From Raillietiella orientalis (Eukaryota), in contig JAYWIR010000002.1 in the NCBI GenBank assembly GCA_036172245.1, forward strand, positions 5,270,001 to 5,334,000: a DNA stretch of 64,000 nucleotides, read 5' to 3'. The notes beneath the pieces were generated by a model, which saw only the letters and a program-made list of their open reading frames with translations, searched no databases and was not told the origin of the DNA. A program made the translations under genes and the position numbers. Position 1 is the first letter of the stretch. Every line of letters begins with the position of its first letter. Of this stretch, positions 24,099 through 36,600 are shown piece by piece.

Positions 24099-25325
24099 GC
24101 ACAAACGATATTGAAATATTACCGTTTCTGCCATTTTTTTTTTCCTATTTTAGAAGCATAATCAAGGCCCGTATTCTGCAAAACGAGGAAATTTGTAAGG
24201 TGGATCCTTTGGAGGGAAATAACCCACGATGCTACTAATTTACTAAAAAAAAAAAAACAATAACATCTTGAAGTTGAGTTCATTCTGTTTAAACTAATAT
24301 CCAACACACTAGCCATGCTTTGCAAAGTACAGGAAGGAAGGCTTCGAGTCGACATTCCCGTGTCCCCTGGAAGGCGCAAGAGAATGCGACCCAAGGAAAA
24401 GAGAAGCTAATGTCCACCCAACGTGCAGAGAACGAAACCCGAGGCACAATTCTGGGGTCGTCGTAACCCTTTCTGCGATGGAAGCGCGAAGAATTCTCTT
24501 CGCGTCGCACCCGGCCCTTGGGAGGATATACTCCCCAAACATCCGTTCCGTGGAGAAGCTTCCACGAAACACTTTTGTGTACCTCGCAGACTCGTATTTG
24601 AAAGTTAATGCGATTATCCGGCTACAGCTTACACACTTTTTTCGACCAACCTCCTTCCCAACAGAACTGGATAAAGGCTTCTCTACCATCCCGATGAAAA
24701 CGGCAAATTAAACGCAAGTTGAGCGGGTTACAAGTTTGTGAGGGCTTCTCTCATCCGTCAGATGATCAAAAAGGGCCTTCTGGTGTATCAAACCCTTTCT
24801 AATTCTGAACTGCATTGATTGGGAACACGAAAATTCCCAACTCAAAAACGAAAGCTGGGCATGAAATCACTGCTGAGGAGAATGCACTACGAATGAACGC
24901 TGGAAACACCCTTGTCGTAGTTTTGAGTTTTCGAAAATCATAACACAATTAAAATCGAAACCAGCCACGGTCAAGGCAGCAAAAGAAACGGGTGGTTAAC
25001 GTGACTTCTTGGACAAAAAAATCTTTTGAGAGGTTGATCGTTAATGATCCGTCGAGGTCGATGAAGTTAGTTTTATGAGGTACCCCATTGGAATTTTTTT
25101 TTTGTTTTTTTTTGTGGAATTTTTCAACCCCTAATTTTTCTGTTTTATGTCTTTTTCACCAATCCGAATAAATAACAGATAAAACTTTGTGGTTCCCTGA
25201 TTTGAAACTTTTTTTTTCACTAACAGCAATTCCATTTCTTATCGCCATCTCTTCCTTAAAATTAAATGAATTCTACATTGGCTAAACACAGACTAGATAA
25301 CCAAAATGTGACAAGCATACAAACA

Positions 25326-28300
25326 TCAATGCATCTCGGCTTTGCTCAAGGCTAAGGCCAGCTCATAGTCTTCTTTTTCCTGTTTGAGTCTTTGCTTGTA
25401 TTTTTCTTCTGACAAAATGGATTCCTTCTCAAACCATGACCACCGATCTTCAGAAAAGGAAGATTGGGAAGGTAAACTAGGATTGTTCTGAGAAACAACA
25501 ATGGGAGAGAATGGATCAGAACCCGCAGACTCTTTGTCGTAACCAAGTTTGGTTTCTCCCCAAACTGATGGGCTTGATATGATTTGTTCAGCAAATGGAT
25601 CACCTTTGTCAAAGACATCTTCACACAAATTGTTGTTCAGGGACCATGGATTGCTGCTGCTCATCGTATCACTGAAGAACTATAGAAGAAGAATCAGTGC
25701 TGGAAAGTTGTGAAAGAAAAACAAGGTGGTTAGTAGGCAACAGCAGCAGCAAGTGAAGAACTAGTCCATCCATGGCACCCAAAATGCGGAAGCACCTCCA
25801 CCAAGGGAGCCAGGAGGGCAGAATACATCCCTACCTTATCAAAGTTAGCGAAATCTGCAAAGTTGGTATTAGCATGCTCCTTGGTTGCTTCAGAGCAATG
25901 CAACACTGGAGGAATAGGTACGGGAGGCTTGGAAGCGGTCTTGGAACTTCCAACTTTAGGAGGTGCTGGGCGTGGTGGAGGCTGTTTGGTCTTTTTCGGC
26001 GGTAATGATGGAGTCAAATTACTTTCCACGGTAGGCGCAAAAGGATCAGCCCCAAACAAATCACCCATCTGATTTGATAAGAATCACATTTTTGTGAACA
26101 TAACTGACCTGATCTGTGTTACTACTTGGCGTAGCTTTTGTACCACTAGAAGGCAAGAATGGATCTGGCTGATCTACATTAAAGGTGAATTCGATGCAGC
26201 ACTTGATTTAAAAACTTACCAGTTTGTGATACACTGCCAGAAAACGGTTCTCGATTCCTACTTTCCTAAAAACAGAATATTATCTGAATGCTCAAGAAAG
26301 AAAAAAAAAAAAATTACCACATGGTTTGCAGCATCTCTTTCAAATGCATTTGTCAGAGATTCATTATCTGCTTTCCTGAATTCCAAGTCATTCTAATTTC
26401 TCATATTTAGCTAAATACATGACAGCAGTAAACTACCTCAGCTGCTGGCGTTTCAGATGAATTGATTTGTGATTCAAAATCCTCCCACACTGGGTGGATA
26501 TCGCGAAGTGCTGTCTCTCCTAACGAAGATGCATCACCACTTGAAATAGCTGCATCATAAAGCTGTATAGTTTCTTCCAATTGCTGATAGCAATCCTGAA
26601 GCTCCATGATGCGAGATTTAGTCTAATGAAATGGACAAACTCGAGACCTTTTGGTTAAATTAAAGTCGTACCTGAGAGCTTTCTAACTGAGTTTGAGCAC
26701 ATTTCTGTGTTAGATTCTCAAGGAAGGTCTTGGCAGAAACTACTTGTGTTTCCAAACGAGATTCCTCTTCTTTAAGCTCATCCAACTCTGCTTGTTTACG
26801 GTGCAATTCTTCTTGCTGTTCCTGTACGCATTTTTCTTGTTCCGTTACTTGCTGTTGCAATGAATCCACCTGATTGAAGAATTTCTGGGTCAAAATTTTC
26901 TTACAAAAACAACCAAGCAAACGGCAAACAAAGTAAAACACAACAAAGCTTTCTTTCAAAGGCATTTGAATGTTAGCATTACCTTTTGCTGCAAATCATG
27001 CACCTGGAGACTTAGCTCATTCAGTTGACTTTTCAAGGCAGTGCACTAGCAAAGGAAAAAAAACAAAAGCATACATGCAGGAAATAAAGCTGCAACTGGA
27101 AGGAACCTAGTGCTAATACTGCTACATACCTGAGTATCTAGTTCATCCAGATACTTTTGTGCCTCGCCCTTTTGTGCCTGCAGTTGCTTCACTGTGAGCA
27201 TTAATGTATCTACCTCTCCCTGAACACTCAAAATTAATTTCTTATTCTAAGGTTCTCTTTTTCTGACTTGCAAATTTTTCAGTTCCAAAGCTTTAAGACG
27301 CAACTCGGCTTCTGCTTTGATCACACTTTGCTCCAATTGGGTTTTCTCCAGTGTAATCTCCTCTACTTCCTTAGCCAATGTCTGAAGCTCGGGATTGGAA
27401 AACTTGGCAGTGCTAAGTTCCTGGGCAAAAGATAGGTAGCGAATTTAGCGAAAATGCAGCTAAAAACTTCTCGAAGTGAATTCAAAGAAATGCGCAGTCA
27501 ATTCTGAAGATGCATTTATATAATACTATATTCCAAATTAAAGTATCACACATGTACCACTGAACACACATTAATACAAATTATACAAAGAAAATGTGAA
27601 ACAAAAATACGAATCCTTATCATTTTTAAAGTCCATTAACATTTGATCCGTAAATACCAATCATTATGCAAAATTATTGAATTGTGAGTAATTGCTGAAA
27701 CCATGGAGGCAAAAATAACATAAGAAATTAAAACACTCACTAATAAATCGAAGAGAAATTTTTTTTTCAAATCCAGTTCAAGAAATACTATCTCATTTTT
27801 GTGTTTTATACATTTACAAAACCATCAAATTTAACTAGATCTTTTGAATACATTTTGAATACATTTCTCTGAAGGAACTGCTGATAAATTAACTTTTTTC
27901 ATATAACAAAACATGATTATATCAATGAGTCAATGTCTCATCACACAATCATTAGTCAGCTATGGTTTGCATGAATTTTAAAATAAAACTGCACAAGATT
28001 CTTTCATAGCAATTCTGACTATGATTAAATACTGGTAAAATATTGATGAAAAATTCTTCACGTACTTATTAAGAATAAAAGCAAATTTAATCCAAGATCA
28101 GCAACTTTTCTAAAGTCAATAGTCAACTGCAAAGAACTTTACAAAGAAACAATCACAAAATGTGACGAAAAATTTCGCAAACACATTCCTTGAGCAGATT
28201 CATTTTAAAGTTTGCAATGCATACATGTAAGGAATGTATTCATAGTTCCTTCAGAACTCGGGGCTTTTTAGAAAGCAATTGTGAGATGTGGAAACAAATA

Positions 28301-30948
28301 CATGATGTGTCATTTAAGTAAGTTTCTTTAATAGCTTCTTTATCAGTATACTATGTCTGAGTGCAAAATACAACCTGAAACGTACATATTTATATGCCTA
28401 CTTACTGGAGTTGGAAACATTCTGGAGCGAAATGAGGGAGGAATCATTTCAGGAAGAAGAGAAGTTGGAGGATCATTTCCTTTTTTTTTTTGATTTATCA
28501 GCCATAATGCTAAGGCAAATTGCTCCTGATTCAATTTGCCTGTCTGTGGAATATCACATAGGTTCCTATATTTAATTAGAGAATGCTCAGTGAAAAATAC
28601 TCACCAGATATGTGCTAGTACTGATTGTGAGAGACCAGATTGGATGAACAAATCCCTAATTTCAGTTCCATTCACAAAACCATCTTGGTCAGTGTCTGTT
28701 TGCATGAACAGTATATCATAATTAATCTTTTCATCACTGCTGACTACCCAAGGAAGGGAAAACTATAATCAGGCTGCACTCAATAGAAAACAGTAGTCAT
28801 AATGAGCTCACCTCTGGCTGAGTTTTGGAATGTGAATCAGGAGAAACATGAACTCCATTCACAATTAAACTGGAAGAGCTTACAGTTAAAGGAAGTGGAG
28901 GAATAGGTGGTGGTACTGCAGGATGAGAGACTGATGGCAAAGATGATGAGACTGATGTGATTGCAGTTGACAAAGCAGGCATGGAAGAAGGCATTACGTT
29001 TCGTTTACTGAGTGGCACCATTTCAAGTGGAAGAACATCAGGAAGGGGTATGCTATCCAGTGCTTTGTACACTAAATGCATTCCCTAAAATCAAACACGA
29101 AAAAAGTCACTTTGATGTTAACTGAATTCATCTAACCAGAATAAACTCCTCTCGATCCAAGGATCCATCTTTATCGATGTCAGCAAGGTCCCATATTTTA
29201 CTAAGAGTTTCTAAACTTAAATGTGAGTTTAGCATAACAGGTCGCACCTTTTTAAAACCAAGATTAAATGTGCAGTATGATTCCTTACCTTGGAACCATG
29301 GAGTTTTCCTTGCTCTGGGAGCAAAGATTCAAAGAGCTGCTCATATTTTATCCTTTCATTTGGTGCAATGGGCCATAGAGATTTAGTTGGTGTATTTACA
29401 TAAGAACCATCTTGCACTGGAATCACTTCACCCTGTCCAAAAACACATGAAAAAATATTGCTATCCGACATAATTGAAACAAGGTTCCAAAATGCAAATT
29501 AAATGTGAACAATAATCAAAAACTTTATGTACGAAAATAAAGTTTTAGTTTTAAGGTATCATTGGAAAACAGTTTCACAGCTTTTTGCTTGCATTCTTAT
29601 AAGCTATAAATTGCTCAATAATGCAGATTGCATTTAATTATATGATGGCAGTAAAATTTTATGTACCAAAGTATAATTATTAATCATACATCTTCTTCCA
29701 CAACTGAAAATAACTTAGCAATACTTGTGGAGAATAAACAACGGAGGTAATGAATTAATCTGATGCACATTAAAAATGTTAGCTACAATGATATGCTCAC
29801 ACATAGCTTTTAATTCAAAATGATGCCTAAAGGTGTTGCAAAATGCAAAGCAGAAATCTGACAACAAAAGCTATCTTACAAGTGGAATCAAAGGACTGAA
29901 TTAAGCTTAAGGTGAATGTTTCATTGTTGTATCCATTATAGCTTCCAAAACAGGTATTCTGATTTTCACTACTTTACTAAAAGATGCACATTTTTAATCT
30001 GGAAGTCCATAGAGCAAAGATGGTCTTTTAAGCAAAAATGAACCAGCATAATTTTTTAACGCTTTCATTAATTTCCATTTTTTTAAAATCCAATTTGTTA
30101 ACAAATGACTCCTATTGCTGATGTAAGTTTTCAGGATAATCCAATGAAACACAATTACCAGGAATGCAGGACCTATATCCTCCCTTATGTTTTGGAGACT
30201 GATTGGTTTTCCATTTTGGTAAAATGCTATCAGTTTCAAAGCAATAAAAAGTCCTTTTCTATCTAACCATCCTTTTTGGTCAGAATCTGCCAAATCCCAT
30301 ATCTTGAAAACAGAGGGGATCATTAACATTCAAAGTAACAAACGAAAATTGTACGAACAGCCATGCAACTGAACACAACAAATAAAGAATCATAAAAACA
30401 CGACAATTGGAATTATTTTGTGATTTATTCGTCACAAATGAAGAATTAGCAAAAAAAGGTACCTACTTTACTTAGGACTGCATCATTAAGTCCTGATTTT
30501 TTAAGGAATACTGCTGCATCACGAGCGGATATTTTTCCTGTGCCAGAACTTAGCTGCAAACAAATTGTTCAACGTCTTATACTTTGATTTGCCTAAGAGC
30601 CATACCTGTTTGTAATACGCCTCATACTGCCTTAGATTAATTCCCGCAATCTGAAACCGAAATAACGAAGATAAATTCCAAAGTTAAATTCTGACTACAC
30701 AGTTTTTATGAAACCACACTGAAAACTTCGAAACAACATCGGAACACAGGCAATTGATTATTAATGAGCAACTTTGGCATTTTTTGTTTCAATAAACATG
30801 TAGGTGGATACTAGGTATTTTTAAACATTTAGAACTGCGTACATATTGTAAACATACATTAATGAAATAGATCTTGCATTTTTTTTTTTTCATCACATAC
30901 AAATAAGAATAAAAACAACACCTGAGCATCCGAAAGTAGAGAAGCCAT
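25326..30948 (-). CDS. Eps15: Epidermal growth factor receptor substrate 15 (Eps15/EPS15L1-like) endocytic adaptor, 19 coding exons, about 870 aa
   Basis: Phase-consistent GT-AG exon chain built by hand (5'->3' on minus): 30948-30922, 30650-30606, 30553-30467, 30302-30159, 29432-29289, 29247-29137, 29084-28812, 28762-28605, 28565-28406, 27420-27268, 27219-27130, 27045-26983, 26869-26672, 26622-26437, 26392-26318, 26265-26220, 26173-26109, 26068-25835, 25679-25326. It encodes three EH domains ([56 protein letters not shown]), a long coiled coil, DPF motifs, a Pro-rich [15 protein letters not shown] and a terminal UIM ([17 protein letters not shown]). Confidence 0.95.
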
Positions 30949-33676
30949 TGCTATTACAGGCAGATAACGAATGCAACGAAGACTGTGTCCAATGAGAGCC
31001 CACTTTCAAGTCCTAATATCCTGAAACAATTCGCTAGAAAAAACACTGGTTTGGCTTTTCCTTTTTTTTGTGTGTGTATCCTGATTGTGACAATTTATGA
31101 GAAAACTTCAAATGAATCTCGGCACGGGTCAACACCATTACTTCGCATCACATTACTATAAACGGACAATCATGAGATTAGCTAGCAAAGCAACGGACAG
31201 ACACTGTGTTATTCGCCTGCACTTGAATTGGTGCATTCACCAAAAAGTTCCCTCAGTTGCCGAAGAAGTGAGACTTCTTGGCTTTCCAGAACTCAGACCA
31301 CCACCACCCCCGTCTCTTTCACACATTTTCACACTTCACGCACCGAAAACACCGTAAACGCACACAAGTCGAATTCCTCAAAATTAATTAAAACGCGAAT
31401 TCGGGAACCCACGGTTTCGTCCTTGAGGAATGGACCTGCAGGGTAAACCAACATGCATGTTTGCAGGATATTGCCAAGTAATTAATTTTCCTCTTAAGTA
31501 ATTTGGAACGGGTAAAAATTGAAACCCATGTAAGACGGATTTCTACTGCCGGCGCTAACTGCATGGACACTCGCCTTCTTCTTTTTTCTTTTTTTTCCTT
31601 TTTTTTTTTTTTTTTTTTACGTCGCTATGCCAGTATTCTTCTGTACATGAGGTATTTGAATATGCAGCTACGCAAATGCAAATGTTAAATATTTGTACTG
31701 CTTTGTACTAACAGAACATCAATAACGTCAACTGGCAAATCATGAAAACACAGTAGATATTGAAAAGCACTGATAAAAGGAAATTCCTACTCCTCTTGGT
31801 AAAATCGCAACAGAAGCCAGCGACAACTGTACATGCACATGATAATATATAAATTGAAAACAAAAAATTGAATCCGTAGCCGAGGCAGTAGGAATGAGGA
31901 ATTTTGATGGAAGACAGGAACCACCCTTCATGTATTCATACCATGAATTCTCCGCAGTTGACATCCTTGATTTCTATGAGAGCACAGGTAAACTGGGAGT
32001 GATTTCACATTATGGAACCGTTATATAGTCCATACCTTTGTGTTCCTGATATCTATGGAATCATTCCCTGCCTTCAGATACATTTTGAAAGCGTCTTTTG
32101 TGTGTGTGTGTGACAAAATATTTCGCACGTTGCAGCTCAATCATGAGGTGTAGATGGAAGGCAAGGTCCCTGCACCAAGACAGAAGCAGTGATTTCGAGT
32201 CATGTATGCAATACCTGGTTTGGATTAGGAATCCCGAATTCGAATAGTCAGTCTTGCTAAAAACAGTAGCACTAAACTTGCTTGAAAGTGAAACATGAAC
32301 ATCTTATTTGAAGGTGGATTTCTATTTTTTTTCAAATAGTACATCCACTGGTATCAGATTAAGATCCTTCAAAGAATTTTGCATTTCTGGTTACTGTGAC
32401 AAACATGAATCTCTGAAAGCATTTGGTGCTCGAGATTGAGTGCGGTTCTTAAACCCTTAAGACTCCAACTCTCATGTAAACATGTCGGCAAGCGTATGGA
32501 TTTGACCCCTAATCAAAAGCTTAAATACAATCTTTGATTGGAAACTAGATTTCCTTTCATTAGCTTTCTAATTGTTATTCTGAAAAATGAGAAATAAACC
32601 TATCCAGAAGGTTCAACATTCCAGTCAGATGCGGAATTCCGTGATGTGGCCACAAATTGATGACATCATGATTATTCGGTACCTAATAAGCCAGAATGGT
32701 TAACCTCTTTAATATCTTAGTGTCTTTTGCTTAGCTCATATTGCCTTTTCAAATGAGCGTAAGGAAATTTTTGATATAAATTAAATTTTATTTATATTTA
32801 TAATTAGAGTAAGCTGTTTTAATTGAGATCTTATATGACTACTAAACCAAAACAAAAACAAGAAGAATTTGAATGAACATGTTTAGTAGTGTTCAGGAGA
32901 CAAGAAGTGAATACAGATTATAAGACTGGAATGCGGAAATTGAAAGTGTTGGTAGAAGTGGAAAACCTTCGAATTTTGTTCTTAGATTTAAAAGCGTGTT
33001 GGATGCGTTTAGAAGTCAAAGGGAAAACCTAAAGTTCTATAATACTATAGCCAATCAAAACCAATAAATGAACTCCATGCTAGAGGAATCCGTGTAGCAC
33101 TCAAGGCAGCACCTTTTTGTAGCACTGAAAAGTGAGGGTCTGAACGCCGGTCGGCTTTCACTTAAACCAAGCCGTTGAAATTATCAACGTTATCAACAGA
33201 GTTTCAAAATTCCAAGTCACATACAGAGATATCTTTCATCCACCTGGATAGACACACTTTTTCCCATAAGGAAACGACATACCGGTGTTCACATGCCCAG
33301 GACGAAATCGCAGCGTTCATTTCCCATCGATGAATAATGGTTCATAAACAACACACGTTCGATTTACGGTTCTTCCCCAACTTTTCAATAATGACGTGGA
33401 ACTCTGTACTCACGTGAATGAGGCATCAATGAAACAGTTCCCGACGGCGAATTTCATTTTTTCTTTCTTTAATGAAACCAGAACAAATCGAGAATGCGTT
33501 CATTGGTGGAAACACCCCCATTGTTGCAAACGGATCGATCGGCGGAACTGGCCAGCCCCTCGAAACAAGTCGTAGGCCCAAGAGAAAAGTTTTCTAATGC
33601 GTGCAGTGATAATTTTTAACGCAATTTTTAAATTCTGGCCTCCTTAAAGTTCGAGTCTCTTCGAATAAAGGATCGA

Positions 33677-36600
33677 ATGGACTGGAAATCGACCATGGAT
33701 CGTGGTACGCTGCTGGCACCCACCATCCAGAGATTCCCTTTTCGAAATGTTCAAGTAAGTGGAGATGGAGATGGATTCATCTGGTCTGAAGCAGATTTCT
33801 CTAAAGCTGCTGTGAAAAACCTTCATCATCTTGAAAACTTTCGTTGCCTGACAAAGTTGAATTTGTCTGACAACAACATACAAGGTCAGTAAAGCGTCCT
33901 TGACGCACAATCGCAACATAATGAAACCACAGAGCTGTCTGTTCTTGGACGCATGCCATACCTGAAAGAATTAGATGTTTCTCATAATCAGATCTCCTGC
34001 CTTCTAAATTTTGCTCCACCTATTGCGTTACGGCTCGCCAACTTTTCTCACAACAAAATCAGTATCATTCAGGACATTTCTCACTTCCGGACTCTTGTCA
34101 TTCTAAATCTGAGTTGTATCCTTTTGAAAAGCATGGAGACTTTGGCATACTCGGGTTTTCCGGAAAATCTATCATTCGGAATTTAATTCGAGTATTTCAG
34201 AAATATCTTTGGCGTGATTTCGTCTCTATACCAAAACCATTCTATGAGCTGTGTGTGCGTGTTTTTTTTTTTAGTTCTTTTGGACAATTGAGTTCTTTAA
34301 ACAGCGGGATAGATTTTTCATTGCAGCAGATGCAATGAAAGTTGATGAGCATTTGTTTCATATGCGAACCATGGGATCTTTTTTTTTCTTTATGGAGGCA
34401 TGTGTCTAAGGCATTCGCTTACCAAAACTAACCGGAATGTTAAGAGCAAATTAGCACTTGCAAGAAGATTGAACTTGCAGATCTACGATTCTTAACTGCT
34501 GCTTCGAATGGCTCGCTCTGTTTTTTGTGTACAACTTTGCAGCAGACACGGTGCCGTTTCCTCACTGTTTGTGTATATGAGAGATTTGGCCAGAACCATT
34601 CCTGTTGCCATTCCTCTACCTTCGATAACTGCCGTGAAAGTAAGTTTCTGGTGAAGTCCGCCCTAACTGGCATGAAAAGGTGCAAAGTGATTCACAGGAT
34701 AATGCAGATGAATCTGAAGTTCCTCTTTGGGCCGGATTTTCAAAAAAATCAGGGAAGCATCGGTTTATGTCGGCCCATCTGTTGCTCGACCCATTGTACA
34801 CCCAAACCTCGCACACAAAAAAAAGGAGCTGTGCTTAGTAACTCGGGTTTGGAATGTGATTCGTTCGTTGTGTTTTCCTTTGCATTTTTTTTTTGGGTCC
34901 TTCGAAACAAATGAGATCGTTTTCACCTTCCACAAAGTGTCAAAACGACCGATGCTGAATCATGTCAGAATTGTCCAATCGGGAGTGCCACTTTTTGTGA
35001 AGGGAAGAGAGCGTTTCGCACCGAAATGAAAATTTTGCGACTATTCCACCGCATCTACTTCTCCACTGAGGCCCATGAAATAGAAAAATGATTGGAGATG
35101 AGGGCGGATCGAGATCAAAGTCTCCACGATTCCATAAGCCATGTCTTCAATTGCTTTTCGAATAAAAAGATACAAATGAAATGGGTTGGTTTTACAAAAT
35201 CAATCAGCACCATAGGGTTCAACCAAGTAACTAGAGGAAAACAAACTGATTTTATCTCTCGTGAATGTCTCCTCGTTTTTCTCCATGTTTTTGTTTTTGT
35301 TTTTTTTCATTATTATTAATAAATGCTTAATGCAAGTGAATGGTAGCTTGATGCCATAACTGGCATTCCTAGTTCAGTTAACAGTAATCTTCTGTGCATC
35401 CCGGGTGACATCAAACACGAACAGGTTCGATGTTTTTACGTAAGCTGTGTACGTACGGTTTACATGTGCTCTCATAGAAACCAAGGATGCCAACACCTGT
35501 TTACGTACGTTAAAAACGCTGAAAGTGGCAGTCGTCGATTTTTGCCATCTCCCTATTCTAGGAAGACTTGCTTCTGCCATCTCTCAAGCTTCGGCTTGTC
35601 ATGCTTTAATGATAAGTAAATGAAATGAATTCGTTTTGATTGCAATAACACCAAGCAGATCATAGTTTTTCAGTGTGCCGCTTCTTTTCTTTTCTCCTAG
35701 TGAAAAGAATTGAAACTTTGAAATATTCTCAGTTTGGAACTTATTCCATATGCTTGTGAACCAGGCGAATTCGGAGAAGGACTGTGTTTGTTCAAAGAAT
35801 GGAAAATTATCATACAGAGCTTTTCTAAAATACTTTCGGTTTTCGATTTAGAGTTACCTTCTGATTGCTTCTTTCTGGTCCAAAAAATTTTTTTGTTATT
35901 TGAGAATCTTTGTTAAAAAAAAAAAAAAAAAAAATGGATGCTTCAGATTGTCAAGTGGGTCTTCAGGTGCTGTTTAGGAACTCATTTTAATCAAGACACG
36001 GAGGAAGCTTTGCAATTTACTATGCGGCCGCGCCTGTTACTATCTCAAAGGACTGACAAAAGTTTTAACAAATATTCTGACCATCATTCGTTGTCACGAA
36101 ATGACTGTACATTTTCACAGTAGATTTTGTGTTTAGAACTACTATTAGAAGTTCCCTGCTAACTGTATGAATGCTATGAGCTAGATAATTGATAATTATA
36201 AAGCAATCATTCCTCATTTTGAGTTGATGAACGAGCAATCCCAAAGTGTGAAGAAATAATGGTTGGTCTTCCGCGAAAAAAAAAAAAGCATCAACTGTTT
36301 CCATTATATCAGCTATTCGTCCAGCTATTAGGTATTTCGATCTACGGGTGTCCATGAAATTCACCTCATTTCTGTGTTAAGATTATAAGCGTGGAAGTGT
36401 TCATTTGCTAGCAGTGAGTTGATTTCTGCTCAAATGTAGTTACTTGTCTACATATCCAGAAGTCTAAATGCTTTCCGCAAGGTCCTGTAGCAATCCGTGA
36501 CACGGTCATTTTGTGACACCCTACCAAAGGAAAACGAATGGTTGATCGCGAAAATTTATTTTTCCGACGCTACTTGCAATGGAATTTATAAATCCTCAAT

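Noticed and set aside
31021..31027. TTTCAG acceptor about 72 nt upstream of the Eps15 ATG as a trans-splice site
   Set aside because: Cannot be distinguished from a cis 5'-UTR intron acceptor or chance without 5' cDNA data.
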